Source of the DNA: Chitinophagaceae bacterium
GTDB taxonomy: Bacteria > Bacteroidota > Bacteroidia > Chitinophagales > JADJOU01
Length of the DNA: 64,000 nt
Assembly: GCA_017495115.1 (NCBI GenBank)
Contig: JAFEIJ010000030.1
Location: 1,709 to 65,708, forward strand
Direction of reading: 5' to 3'
Position numbers and translations under genes: made by a program
The notes under the pieces: generated by a model
The model's database searches: none
What the model was told of the DNA's origin: nothing
What the model saw: the letters and a program-made list of their open reading frames with translations, nothing else
Shown: piece by piece, positions 10,073 to 19,629 of the stretch
How the letters are laid out: each line of letters begins with the position of its first letter
Position numbering within the stretch: the first letter of the stretch is position 1

Positions 10073-11305
10073 TTACTGTGCGGTAACATTTACGCTTCCT
10101 CCATTCATAGAAGGACAACAACCTGCCCACTGATCACTTGAACCACTCGAACATCCACCCATATAACTCTCACCACGAACTTGTATTTGATACGTTCCTG
10201 CAGGTAAAGCAACGATGCCTGACATTGCAGATAAATTTCCTGAAGCGGAGTGATCTCCAGTACCTCTTGGTGTGCAACCTGAAAAAGTATTTCTTCCTGA
10301 AGAAGTACCGTCAAAAAATACGGTTCCATTTGATGTGTTTACAATTCGTACCCAAATAGTTCCTTCTATAGGTTTATTTGGAGCCCCTGAATACGTTTTT
10401 CCACGAGCTGTAAGACCAAGATTAAAAGATAATCTATAGTTACCCGCACCTAAAGTAAATGAACTTCCAACATTAGCATATCCTGTTTGAAAAACATCAC
10501 TTCCTCCTTGTCCGCCTCCATTACAACTTCCTGAACACCAATTATGCCCTCCGATACTTTGAGCTACTGAACTTGTTACAGATCTTGTAAAGCTACAATT
10601 CGGATTCGTATTTAATGTATAAGTAAAGGTACCTGTTGCTTGAGGCGTTCCACTTGCGGTTAAAACAATATTTTGAGTTCCAGCATTTACAAAACCCGAA
10701 CCTACAAATGTAACACCATTTGCTGTTGCTATGATATTATAAGTTCCTGCCGTAGTTACTGTTGCTGTAATTGTTTGAGTTACTCCTGAAACTGCTGTTC
10801 CCAACTGCAATGTACCCGAAGATGCTGCATTACAATTTGTAAAAGCACTAATTACTGCTGTTCCATTTGATGAAGGAGAATTATTCAAAACACAATTTAC
10901 GGGACATCCATGCGTTGATCCACCAGCAGGATTAGAAGGACAACCATATTGTAATGGACATCTGTCACTTGCATCCGCTATTCCATCGCCATCATCATCT
11001 GAGTCTGAATTATTTGACAACCCATCTCCATCAAAATCTTGCATTCCCATTAGACGCGCTATTGATATTTGACGAATTTCGCCATTCGCATCACGCATCA
11101 CTACACTATCTGAACTTTCTGCTTTGGGTTTATTCTCAATAAATACACGCCCATCCACTTTATGAACATATACTTTATCCGAAGAAGTTGCTTCAACTTC
11201 TAAATTGTTAGAAGTCCCAATTGATGTAGGATTAGAACCTATTTTCATTTGAGCGTTCAACAAGACACTCATAAATAATACGAATAGTAATAATAATTTT
11301 TTCAT
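10073..11305 (-). CDS. Secreted Cys-rich protein with a thrombospondin type-3-like Asp-rich motif; probably co-transcribed with the giant adhesin
   Basis: Signal peptide MKKLLLLFVLFMSVLLNAQ. Motif DFDGDGLSNNSDSDDDGDGIADASDRCP. Many Cys in the C-terminal half. The stop lies only 25 nt upstream of the adhesin start. Confidence 0.6.
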   Translation of the reverse strand: MKKLLLLFVLFMSVLLNAQMKIGSNPTSIGTSNNLEVEATSSDKVYVHKVDGRVFIENKPKAESSDSVVMRDANGEIRQISIARLMGMQDFDGDGLSNNSDSDDDGDGIADASDRCPLQYGCPSNPAGGSTHGCPVNCVLNNSPSSNGTAVISAFTNCNAASSGTLQLGTAVSGVTQTITATVTTAGTYNIIATANGVTFVGSGFVNAGTQNIVLTASGTPQATGTFTYTLNTNPNCSFTRSVTSSVAQSIGGHNWCSGSCNGGGQGGSDVFQTGYANVGSSFTLGAGNYRLSFNLGLTARGKTYSGAPNKPIEGTIWVRIVNTSNGTVFFDGTSSGRNTFSGCTPRGTGDHSASGNLSAMSGIVALPAGTYQIQVRGESYMGGCSSGSSDQWAGCCPSMNGGSVNVTAQ

Positions 11306-11584
11306 ATAAATTTTTGTTTTGATATTAATTTTTTAAAACACTAAAACTTAATATCAAAAAACATGCCAAAATTATTTTATTAATAATTAAAATAAATTTT
11401 TGCATTATTTTAACATAAAACATATTGGAAGTTTTAAAAACAATAATTAATAACTATTAATTTTCGCTAATTTTCAAATTAGATCGTTATAATAATTATA
11501 TAATTTTTTTGTATTATAAAATATAAATTACTTTGATTAAAGAAATAGAAAAATCTTTTTTGAGTTGATTATACTAAAAATAAT

Positions 11585-11592
11585 TAAATTTG
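11585..11592 (+). promoter_or_regulatory. Bacteroidota-type -7 promoter box (TAnnTTTG) upstream of nuoH
   Basis: TAAATTTG, 23 nt upstream of the ATG at 11615. Matches the established Bacteroidetes sigma-A -7 consensus TAnnTTTG. Confidence 0.5.
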
Positions 11593-11614
11593 CGCCACTT
11601 CAAAAAGATATCAA

Positions 11615-12655
11615 ATGCTAGAATTTATAATCGAACGATCCGCTTTAGTTATTGCAATTTTTGTATTGTCATTAGTTATAGCAATGTATTCTACTTATTT
11701 AGAGCGAAAAGTAGCCGCTTTTCTTCAAGATCGAATTGGTCCTAATCGCGCCGGAATATTTGGCTTATTACAACCATTGGCCGATGGCGGTAAAATGTTT
11801 TTTAAAGAAGAAATTATTCCTTCTAGTGCGAGCAAATGGCTTTTTATTGCAGGTCCAGGTATTGCAATGATGACGGCTTTGATGTCGAGTGCGGTAATTC
11901 CTTGGGGACCTGATTTAGTATTAAGCACAAAAGTAATTTCAATGCAAGTGTCGGATATCAATATTGGTATTCTATATGTTTTAGGTATTTTATCTATTGG
12001 TATTTATGGCATAATGATTGGCGGCTGGGCGAGTAATAATAAATATTCTCTTTTTTCGGCTATCCGAGCAAGTTCACAGATGATTAGTTATGAATTAGCT
12101 ATGGGAATTATCATTATTACAATTGTTATGATGACAGGTTCTGTAGGACTTAAAGAAATTGTTGGTAAACAATCTACGAGTTTATTTGGTATTTCGGGAC
12201 TGAATTGGAACGTATTTTATCAGCCTTTGGGTTTTATTCTTTTTTTAACTTGTGCATTGGCAGAATGTAATCGTGCGCCTTTTGATATGGCGGAATGCGA
12301 AAGTGAGTTGATTGGAGGTTACCATACGGAATATTCAAGTATGAAGCTTGGATTCTATTTATTTGCTGAATATATTAATATGTTTGTTTCCTCAGCAATC
12401 ATCACCGTTTTATTCTTTGGCGGCTATAGTTTTCCAGGCATGGCAAATTTTAGTGGCATAACACTTACGGTACTTGGATTTGCTAGTATGATGCTTAAAA
12501 CAGGATTTTTTATATTTGTATTTATGTGGATTCGTTGGACCTTACCACGTTTTAGATATGACCAATTAATGGAATTAGGTTGGAAAAAATTAATTCCTAT
12601 TGCTTTAATAAATATGTTAATCACTGGAGCGGTTATTTTATTTTTCAACCGTTAA
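11615..12655 (+). CDS. nuoH: NADH-quinone oxidoreductase subunit H
   Basis: 346 aa, polytopic membrane protein. Conserved NuoH/ND1 blocks: YLERKVAAFLQDRIGPNRAG, LADGGKMFFKEE, GGWASNNKYSLFSAIRASSQMISYEL, LAECNRAPFDMAECESELIGGYHTEYSSMK, LPRFRYDQLM. Confidence 0.9.
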   Translation: MLEFIIERSALVIAIFVLSLVIAMYSTYLERKVAAFLQDRIGPNRAGIFGLLQPLADGGKMFFKEEIIPSSASKWLFIAGPGIAMMTALMSSAVIPWGPDLVLSTKVISMQVSDINIGILYVLGILSIGIYGIMIGGWASNNKYSLFSAIRASSQMISYELAMGIIIITIVMMTGSVGLKEIVGKQSTSLFGISGLNWNVFYQPLGFILFLTCALAECNRAPFDMAECESELIGGYHTEYSSMKLGFYLFAEYINMFVSSAIITVLFFGGYSFPGMANFSGITLTVLGFASMMLKTGFFIFVFMWIRWTLPRFRYDQLMELGWKKLIPIALINMLITGAVILFFNR

Positions 12656-12689
12656 TTTCTTATTTTACAAAACCAAAAAATAATTTAAT

Positions 12690-13742
12690 ATGAACTATAG
12701 CGAACTTTTAGGAGAGGATAAAGCCAAATTACTTTTAGACTATCAAACTCCAAAAATTGATAAAAACATGCTTCACTTGCCTTCAGGCAATTTTGTATCG
12801 GATATTTATGCCCACACCAATCGAAATATTCCTACATTGAGAAGCTTAGAGCAATTATATGGAACAGGAAGATTAAAAAATACAGGCTATATGAGTATTT
12901 TGCCTGTAGATCAAGGTATCGAACATAGTGCAGGCGCTTCTTTTGCTCCAAATCCTATTTATTTTGATAGTGAAAATATCGTAAAACTTGCTATAGAGTC
13001 AGGTTGTAATGCTGTAGCAAGTACATATGGCGTTCTTGGAAGTGTTGCTCGTAAATATGCCCATAAAATCCCTTTTATTGTAAAAATTAACCATAACGAG
13101 TTTTTATCTTATCCTAATGCATACGACCAAATTATGTTTGGAACCATAAAAAATGCTTGGGAAATGGGTGCCGTTGCCGTTGGAGCAACAATATATTTTG
13201 GAAGCCAAGAAAGCAGAAGACAAATTGTAGAGGTTGCTAAAGCATTTGATTATGCGCACGAACTTGGCATGGCCACAATTTTATGGTGCTATTTGAGAAA
13301 TAGTGATTTCAAAAAAGATGGCGTTGATTATCATGCCGCTGCCGATTTAACTGCTCAAGCAAATCATTTGGGTGTAACCATTCAAGCGGATATCATTAAA
13401 CAAAAATTACCTACTAATAATGGTGGTTATTTAGCGACTAAACATGGTAAAACGCATGATAAAGTATACAGCGAGTTAACTTCAGATAATCCTATTGATC
13501 TTTGTCGATATCAAGTAGCAAATTGTTATATGGGTCGTATGGGGTTAATCAATTCGGGAGGAGAAAGCAAAGGTGCAACCGATATGGCTGAAGCCATCGA
13601 AACCGCGATTATCAATAAAAGAGCAGGTGGTCAGGGTTTAATTCTAGGACGTAAAGCGTTTCAAAAGGATATGAAAACGGGTATTGCATTATTACAGTCG
13701 GTTCAAGATGTTTATTTAGATCCTAAAGTAACGATCGCCTAG
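12690..13742 (+). CDS. fbaB: Class I fructose-bisphosphate aldolase (DhnA/FbaB type)
   Basis: 350 aa, the same length as FbaB. I recognise overall similarity ([34 protein letters not shown]). Confidence 0.8.
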   Translation: MNYSELLGEDKAKLLLDYQTPKIDKNMLHLPSGNFVSDIYAHTNRNIPTLRSLEQLYGTGRLKNTGYMSILPVDQGIEHSAGASFAPNPIYFDSENIVKLAIESGCNAVASTYGVLGSVARKYAHKIPFIVKINHNEFLSYPNAYDQIMFGTIKNAWEMGAVAVGATIYFGSQESRRQIVEVAKAFDYAHELGMATILWCYLRNSDFKKDGVDYHAAADLTAQANHLGVTIQADIIKQKLPTNNGGYLATKHGKTHDKVYSELTSDNPIDLCRYQVANCYMGRMGLINSGGESKGATDMAEAIETAIINKRAGGQGLILGRKAFQKDMKTGIALLQSVQDVYLDPKVTIA

Positions 13743-14110
13743 TTTTTTCGTTTCCATTTTACTTCAAATTCTGTTTTTTTAATATCGCCTTGAATGGGTG
13801 GATTCATCTTGCTAATTTTTAGTTTGAGTTTTTTAATTTCTTTAAAATCATTAGCAATAGACTGGATAATTCGATGCGCAATGTGTTCGATTAAGTGTGC
13901 TCGAATATGCATCTCTTTAGAAACAAGGTCATAAATAACTTGATAATCTATTGTATCCTGCAATTGATCCGTTTGCATTGAAACCGAAAAATTAGAAAAA
14001 ATAGAGAGATTGACTTCAAATGTAGTATTTTTATTCTGCTCAAATTCATACACCCCGTGGTTCATTTGAAAGGTCATTTTTGTTAATTTGAGCTTTTGCA
14101 ATTTTTTCAT
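13739..14110 (-). CDS. folB: Dihydroneopterin aldolase
   Basis: 123 aa. FolB-like pattern ([45 protein letters not shown]). Overlaps the fbaB stop by 4 nt, convergent. Confidence 0.7.
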   Translation of the reverse strand: MKKLQKLKLTKMTFQMNHGVYEFEQNKNTTFEVNLSIFSNFSVSMQTDQLQDTIDYQVIYDLVSKEMHIRAHLIEHIAHRIIQSIANDFKEIKKLKLKISKMNPPIQGDIKKTEFEVKWKRKN

Positions 14111-14564
14111 TGGTTGAAATTATTATTTACTACAAAAGCAAAAATAAGATGGAATTGAAAAAGGGAAGGTGTTTTTTTGAAAAATAGAGATTCGATTAGA
14201 TATTTGAGATATTAAAATACAAAGTATACGTCAAAAAAATATTCACATTTTTTCTTTTATTTAAAACATTTTTATAGGATAAAGAAGGGTTATTTATTTA
14301 GATTTTTCAAGTCTAATTAATTTATATTAACCCAAATTAATCATTAAAAATGATTAATCGTATAATGTCTTGTAATTCAATCAATTTAATATTGATTGAA
14401 ACAATCCATTTACGGGGTTAATCCCAACTAACGCCTTATTAATTACTTTGTAATTATCTAAAGCATAATTTGGGATTAACATTATATTAACAAAAAAATA
14501 CTTAAATCAAATCTTTCCACATAAATATCTTTATAACTATTTTAGTAACAAATGTCATTTTTAT

Positions 14565-14572
14565 TAAATTTG
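14565..14572 (+). promoter_or_regulatory. -7 promoter box (TAnnTTTG) upstream of dnaB
   Basis: TAAATTTG, 32 nt upstream of the dnaB ATG. Confidence 0.45.
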
Positions 14573-14603
14573 TGGCAAAATAGTAAATACGTTATCAATA
14601 AAT

Positions 14604-16181
14604 ATGGATCAAAATCAATTTTCAACACGTTTACAATCGAATCTTCTTGGTAAAAAAATCAAGGATGTCGATTTAGGTAAAAAAGCCCCTCAAAATATTG
14701 AGATGGAACGCGCCGTTTTATCTGCTCTTATGTTGGATAAAGAAGCGATGGATTTGGTGAATGAGATTTTAGATGTCGAATCTTTTTATTTACCTAATCA
14801 CCAAACGGTTTATGCGGCTGCAAAAAAAATATATTCTCGCAATGAGCCTATAGATATTGGAATTTTAGCCGACCAAATGCTTAAAGATGGCACTTTGGAA
14901 ATGGTGGGTGGCCCCGCTTATTTAATTGACTTATCCAACGTCGTAGGAAGTAGTGCCAACGTGGAATTTCATTCGCGTATCGTTGCTCAAAAATATATCC
15001 AACGCGAGTTAATCCGGCTAGGAAACAAAGTTATTGAAGATTCTTATGATTCGGGTAGAGACGTTTTTGAAGTTTTGGATGAAACCGAACAAAGTTTATA
15101 CAAATTAGCGGATAACTATACGTCAAAAGATCCATCGATAATTAGTAGTATTTTAATTGAAGCCATTGAACAGCTTAAAGGACGTATTTTAACTGCAAAA
15201 GACAATAAAATACAAGGTGTACAAACCGGATTTGAAAAATTAGACCGCATCACGGGTGGGTGGCAAAAAAGCGATTTGATTATCGTGGCCGGAAGACCGG
15301 GTATGGGTAAAACGGCGTTTACTCTAGCTTTAGCAAGAAATGCGGCCGTTTTAGATAAAAAATCGGTAGCCTTCTTTTCTCTTGAGATGAGTACGGGTCA
15401 GATTTTGCAACGTTTAATTTCTTCGGAAACCGAAATTGAACAAACGAAAATTCAACGAGGCACCTTATCACCTGCGGAATTAGAAATTATTACCACCCGA
15501 ATTGGGAATTTAAATAAAGCCAATTTATATATTGACGATACGGCAGGACTCAGCGTTATGGACTTTAGAAAAAAAGTTCGAAAAATTAAGCGTGAAAGAG
15601 GCTTGGACTTAATTATTATTGACTACTTACAGCTTATGACCGGCAACGTCAATGAAGGCAAAGGAAAAGCGATTACCAACCGTGAACAAGAAATTGCATA
15701 TATTTCTAGATCATTAAAAGCGATTGCAAAAGAACTTGAAGTACCTGTTATTGCGCTTGCACAGCTGAGTCGTCAAACCGAACAGCGCTCTGGTAGCGGT
15801 AAAGGGAAAAGGCCTTTACTTTCGGATTTGAGGGAGTCGGGTTCGATAGAGCAAGATGCGGATATGGTTATATTTTTATATCGAGAGGAATATTACAATA
15901 GAGAAGATCCTGTGGATGGGGATGGTAATAGCTTAAAAGGATTAGCTGAAATTATTATAGAAAAGCACCGAAATGGAGAAACGGATACCGTTTTAGCACG
16001 ATTTGTTGGACAATATATCAAATACTGTAATTATGATGAAAATGGTATTAATTACGAAAGCTCCAATTTTAGTAAACCTTCAATGAACGAAGATGTGTTT
16101 GAATCGGGTAGCTCGGGTGGTGTAAAAACAATAAGTTCTAAAATGAATGATGAGGACTTTTTATCAGATACTCCATTCTAA
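14604..16181 (+). CDS. dnaB: Replicative DNA helicase
   Basis: 525 aa. N-terminal PQNIEMERAVLSALMLD. Walker A GRPGMGKTAF. IIDYLQLM, RSLKAIAKELEVPVIALAQLSR, DLRESGSIEQDADMV. Confidence 0.95.
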   Translation: MDQNQFSTRLQSNLLGKKIKDVDLGKKAPQNIEMERAVLSALMLDKEAMDLVNEILDVESFYLPNHQTVYAAAKKIYSRNEPIDIGILADQMLKDGTLEMVGGPAYLIDLSNVVGSSANVEFHSRIVAQKYIQRELIRLGNKVIEDSYDSGRDVFEVLDETEQSLYKLADNYTSKDPSIISSILIEAIEQLKGRILTAKDNKIQGVQTGFEKLDRITGGWQKSDLIIVAGRPGMGKTAFTLALARNAAVLDKKSVAFFSLEMSTGQILQRLISSETEIEQTKIQRGTLSPAELEIITTRIGNLNKANLYIDDTAGLSVMDFRKKVRKIKRERGLDLIIIDYLQLMTGNVNEGKGKAITNREQEIAYISRSLKAIAKELEVPVIALAQLSRQTEQRSGSGKGKRPLLSDLRESGSIEQDADMVIFLYREEYYNREDPVDGDGNSLKGLAEIIIEKHRNGETDTVLARFVGQYIKYCNYDENGINYESSNFSKPSMNEDVFESGSSGGVKTISSKMNDEDFLSDTPF

Positions 16182-16355
16182 TGAAATTGAATTCACATTA
16201 ACAAAAGTATTCTTAAGAAATTAGATATTAAAATTGTGATAATAGATTGCGTAATTTAGTTCCTTAATTATTCCTCTCAAAATTTTCGTCTTTCCTAATA
16301 TTTGCATTAATTTGCTATGAGTCTAATGAAAAATCTCAGATTAACTTATAATTTG

Positions 16356-16363
16356 TATTTTTG
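16356..16363 (+). promoter_or_regulatory. -7 promoter box (TAnnTTTG) upstream of ccmB
   Basis: TATTTTTG, 23 nt upstream of the TTG start at 16386. Confidence 0.4.
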
Positions 16364-16385
16364 CAACGAATCTATTTATTGAGTT

Positions 16386-17063
16386 TTGCAATTTTATCGA
16401 GAGTTTTGGTTATTATTTTCTTCGGAGTGGAAGCAGTCCATTTCAAAGAGCTCATCGGTATTTAGTATTTTATTATATCTTACTTCAATAAGCTATTTAG
16501 TTTATTTTTTGATGAATATTCAGGGCGCTTTGGTGCAGCTCGAAGTAAAATATTGGAATATTTTATTTTGGGTGGTGATTTTATTCACAATTATTTCTCA
16601 AATTTTTATCAATTTTTCTAAGGACAGCTCCGCTCGATATTTATATTATTTTCTGCTTTTTAGACCCGAAAGTTTTATCCTTTCCAAAATAGCATTTCAT
16701 ACTACTTATGGTATATTTTTTAGCTTGTTTACTTTTCTATTTTTTAATTTGTGGCTTGGAAATCCAATAGAAAATTTACCTATTTTTTTAATTACAATAA
16801 TTCTTTCAAGCACCGGATTTAGTATTATTTATACGCTAACCACCGCTATATCGATAGCTACTCAAAAAAGCACGCTATTGAGCTCTATTTTAGGTTTTCC
16901 TTTGAGCTTACCTATTATAATTTATACGTCTAAACTTTGTAGAGAATCTTTTTCACAAACGCCCTCCGACAATTTACTCCAAACTTTTGGCATTTTACTC
17001 GGATTTAATTTGTTGTTAATTATTATGTCTTTGATTCTATTTCCATATATCTGGAAAGAATAA
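16386..17063 (+). CDS. ccmB: Heme exporter permease CcmB-like (cytochrome c biogenesis)
   Basis: 225 aa, about 6 TM segments. Resembles Bacteroidota CcmB proteins as I remember them (WNILFWVVILFT, GNPIENLPIFL, C-terminal LILFPYIWKE). TTG start. No ccmA is adjacent. Confidence 0.65.
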   Translation: MQFYREFWLLFSSEWKQSISKSSSVFSILLYLTSISYLVYFLMNIQGALVQLEVKYWNILFWVVILFTIISQIFINFSKDSSARYLYYFLLFRPESFILSKIAFHTTYGIFFSLFTFLFFNLWLGNPIENLPIFLITIILSSTGFSIIYTLTTAISIATQKSTLLSSILGFPLSLPIIIYTSKLCRESFSQTPSDNLLQTFGILLGFNLLLIIMSLILFPYIWKE

Positions 17064-17075
17064 AATATTTTCGTT

Positions 17076-18119
17076 ATGCTAAAATCAAATTTATTTAAAT
17101 TTTTTGCCCTATTTTTAGTTTTATACAGCGTTGTAGGAGGATTATTCTTACCGCTAAGCCCAAATATTGAAAAGGCATCTTACACCTCTTTTCAAGACAG
17201 TTTAATTCAGATTGAAGTTTACGCACCAAAAGTAAAGGCACCGAGTACATTTTTTCTTATCCAAAATGCACTAAAAGCCGAAGAAAAACGAGTTTTAAAA
17301 ATTCACAATGTAAAAAACATTAAAGATGGATTTCTATTAACCACCTTAAATCCTAATTATTACGAAGGTGTGATTCGTGGGAACACCTTTGATTTATGGG
17401 CGCAAAATATAAAAAATGGCGGATTTGTATATTTCAATGTGTTTATGGCGGATAGTTCAATAGCGCAACTTCCATTTCCTCAAATTGATAAAAAGGAGTT
17501 GATTACAAAAAATCCTTTTTCATTAAGTTTCCCGAATCGGCCTATTTTAAGAGAAAGTATTCGTAATTTATTTTTTCACGTTCCGATGTGGTTTGGTATG
17601 ATGTTTTTATTATCAACAAGTTTATTTTATTCGGTTCGATATCTCAATAAAGGCAACTTAGAGGATGACATAAAAGCTAAAAATAGTGTGGAAATTGGCT
17701 TGCTTTTTGGCACTTTAGGTATTCTAACTGGAATGCTTTGGGCCAAATTTACTTGGGGTGCATTTTGGACAGACGATCCAAAATTAAATGGCGCGGCTAT
17801 AGGTATGTTAACGTATTTTGCGTATGCCATTTTGCGTAGTAGCGTTACGGATCAAATCAAAAAAGCAAAATTAGCCGCCGTTTATAATATTTTTGCTTTT
17901 TCAATTTATATAGTATTTATTTATATTTTACCAAGACTAAAAGCGTCGCTCCATCCAGGCAACGGCGGCAATCCAGGTTTTAACATTTACGAACAAGACA
18001 ATACAATGCGATTATTCTTCTATCCCGCAGTTATTGGATGGATTTGCATCGGAATTTGGCTGATGCAATTAAGAAGTCAGATTGATTTTAAGCTTTTTAA
18101 AAAGAACATAGAAAGTTAG
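17076..18119 (+). CDS. ccmC: Cytochrome c assembly protein (CcmC/CcsA family) with an extra ~150-aa N-terminal domain
   Basis: 347 aa. Trp-rich heme-handling motif WAKFTWGAFWTDDPKLNGAAIGML. Polytopic C-terminal part. Lies 12 nt after ccmB. Confidence 0.7.
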   Translation: MLKSNLFKFFALFLVLYSVVGGLFLPLSPNIEKASYTSFQDSLIQIEVYAPKVKAPSTFFLIQNALKAEEKRVLKIHNVKNIKDGFLLTTLNPNYYEGVIRGNTFDLWAQNIKNGGFVYFNVFMADSSIAQLPFPQIDKKELITKNPFSLSFPNRPILRESIRNLFFHVPMWFGMMFLLSTSLFYSVRYLNKGNLEDDIKAKNSVEIGLLFGTLGILTGMLWAKFTWGAFWTDDPKLNGAAIGMLTYFAYAILRSSVTDQIKKAKLAAVYNIFAFSIYIVFIYILPRLKASLHPGNGGNPGFNIYEQDNTMRLFFYPAVIGWICIGIWLMQLRSQIDFKLFKKNIES

Positions 18120-18175
18120 GAAACTATTATTTATCAGAATAATGACCAGGTCTTAAAGCACGACTGAAGCAATTT

Positions 18176-18391
18176 CTATGAGATAGCTTCCCATATATTA
18201 TCTGGATTTAAAGGAGTCAATGTTCCATTTTTATATTCCTTATCGGCATTCTCAATTCTTTTGAGAAATTCTTTTGAGTACTTTACTTTCTTATCATTAC
18301 GCACAACAAAAGAAATATTAAGCGACTCAAAAACTTTGATTAGAGCGGCCATTAAAGCATTGTCATTAACTTTAATTGTAACGGTTGACAT
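18176..18391 (-). CDS. Small hypothetical protein (71 aa), divergent from the XRE regulator; possibly antitoxin-like
   Basis: ORF MSTVTIKVNDNALMAALIKVFESLNISFVV... A CAAAAATA box (reverse of TAnnTTTG) at 18411-18418 lies 20 nt upstream of its start. No family recognised with certainty. Confidence 0.4.
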   Translation of the reverse strand: MSTVTIKVNDNALMAALIKVFESLNISFVVRNDKKVKYSKEFLKRIENADKEYKNGTLTPLNPDNIWEAIS

Positions 18392-18535
18392 TTTTTAATT
18401 ATTTGTTTTGCAAAAATACAAAAATAAATATTTGGAGATAATTTCCTTGTATTCAAAATATGATTTAATTGCTATTTTAAATAAAATTGTTCCCTATATT
18501 ATAAATCAAATTTTAAAACTATTCAAAAAAAATAT

Positions 18536-18543
18536 TATATTTG
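18536..18543 (+). promoter_or_regulatory. -7 promoter box (TAnnTTTG) upstream of the XRE regulator
   Basis: TATATTTG, 14 nt upstream of the ATG at 18557. Overlaps the palindrome TTTGCAAA (18540-18547). Confidence 0.4.
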
Positions 18544-18556
18544 CAAAAAAGTCATT

Positions 18557-18958
18557 ATGGTTGATATAGGAAATAAACTACGAAGTAAACGTACTGAAAT
18601 GGGCAAAACACAAGCAGATTTTGCCAAAATACTTGACATGAAACTCTCTACATATGAACGCTTAGAAAACAATAGGAATAATGATGTTAGATTAGACACA
18701 TTAGTAAAAATCTCAAATACACTAGACATTCCTTTTTCAGAACTTTTACCCGAAACTATTGTTCAGAATATTAATAATCAAAAAAGTAAAGGAAGTATTG
18801 GGATTGTAATGGGTGGGGAAAACAACTTTTATAATCAATACAGCGATCCTGAATTAATAAAAGAATACATAAGTAAAACAATACATAATTTAAAAAAAAT
18901 TGAAAAATCATTGTTTGATGATAAAAATCAAGATAGTGATCAAAATTTAGATATGTAG
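18557..18958 (+). CDS. XRE-family helix-turn-helix transcriptional regulator
   Basis: 133 aa. N-terminal HTH_3 pattern IGNKLRSKRTEMGKTQADFAKILDMKLSTYERLENNRNNDVRLDTLVKISNTLDIPFSELL. Confidence 0.8.
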   Translation: MVDIGNKLRSKRTEMGKTQADFAKILDMKLSTYERLENNRNNDVRLDTLVKISNTLDIPFSELLPETIVQNINNQKSKGSIGIVMGGENNFYNQYSDPELIKEYISKTIHNLKKIEKSLFDDKNQDSDQNLDM

Positions 18959-19207
18959 ACAAGACAATATACCATAAAAAGTGGTATAATTTATCATATT
19001 TTTACGGATTATAAGGTTTATTTTTGTATAATAAATTTTATTAGTTCTAATCTTAAATTACATATCGAAAACATTCAAAAGGACAAGATAGGCAATAACT
19101 AAAACCTTACCAGATGTTCTATTGGAAATTTAAATCATTTGTTATAATAAAATTAGTTTAGTAAAATTTAATTTCAAATTTATTATTAAACTTTAAAAAT
19201 TTATCTT

Positions 19208-19615
19208 ATGAAAAAATTATTTTTATTAACCATTAGTCTAATTGTATTTAATAGTGCTTTTTCTAAAATTCATTGCTATAACAACCGAGGGAGGGAAGAT
19301 TGTTATGTAACAAACGCTTGCGATATAAATGTATGTGGAAAAGGAGAATATACAAACTGTAGATGCTACGAAAGAGTTCAGCCACCTAAAGATATTATTT
19401 TATTTTGGGAAACATTAGATATTTCAAAAATCAATTTTGTTTTAAACAATTTTTCTAAAATAGAAAAATTTCTTGAATCAGTTTTAGTTGATAATCAACT
19501 AGCTAAAGTTGTAATAAAAGGAGATGAAATTTTTATTAATGTTTATGACCACGACAAATTAGTAAAAAATGGCAATAGAGAAGAAGCATATCTAAAAACG
19601 GTTAAATTTATTTAA
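19208..19615 (+). CDS. Small secreted Cys-rich hypothetical protein
   Basis: 135 aa. Signal peptide MKKLFLLTISLIVFNSAFS. Six Cys within the next ~35 residues (CYNNRGREDCYVTNACDINVCGKGEYTNCRC). Confidence 0.5.
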   Translation: MKKLFLLTISLIVFNSAFSKIHCYNNRGREDCYVTNACDINVCGKGEYTNCRCYERVQPPKDIILFWETLDISKINFVLNNFSKIEKFLESVLVDNQLAKVVIKGDEIFINVYDHDKLVKNGNREEAYLKTVKFI

Positions 19616-19629
19616 TTTGCAAAATGAAA

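Noticed and set aside
10105-11142. ORFs 10105-10329 (-), 10138-10359 (+) and 10954-11142 (+) overlapping the 410-aa gene.
   Set aside because: They are nested in or antisense to a longer ORF with a signal peptide and recognisable motifs, and their translations have low-complexity, stop-avoiding composition.
11306-11614. A 309-bp extremely AT-rich intergenic region at a minus-to-plus gene-orientation switch, considered as oriC.
   Set aside because: I found no CCACA/TGTGG-containing DnaA-box-like 9-mers in it. AT-richness alone is unremarkable in this genome.
14111-14603. The dnaB upstream region considered as oriC. It has DnaA-box-like CTTTCCACA (about 14513-14521), TTTGCCACA on the other strand (about 14570-14578) and ATATTCACA (about 14240-14248).
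   Set aside because: Each site has one or more mismatches even to the relaxed TTWTNCACA consensus. Such hits are expected by chance in T-rich DNA. The region is reported only for its inverted repeats.
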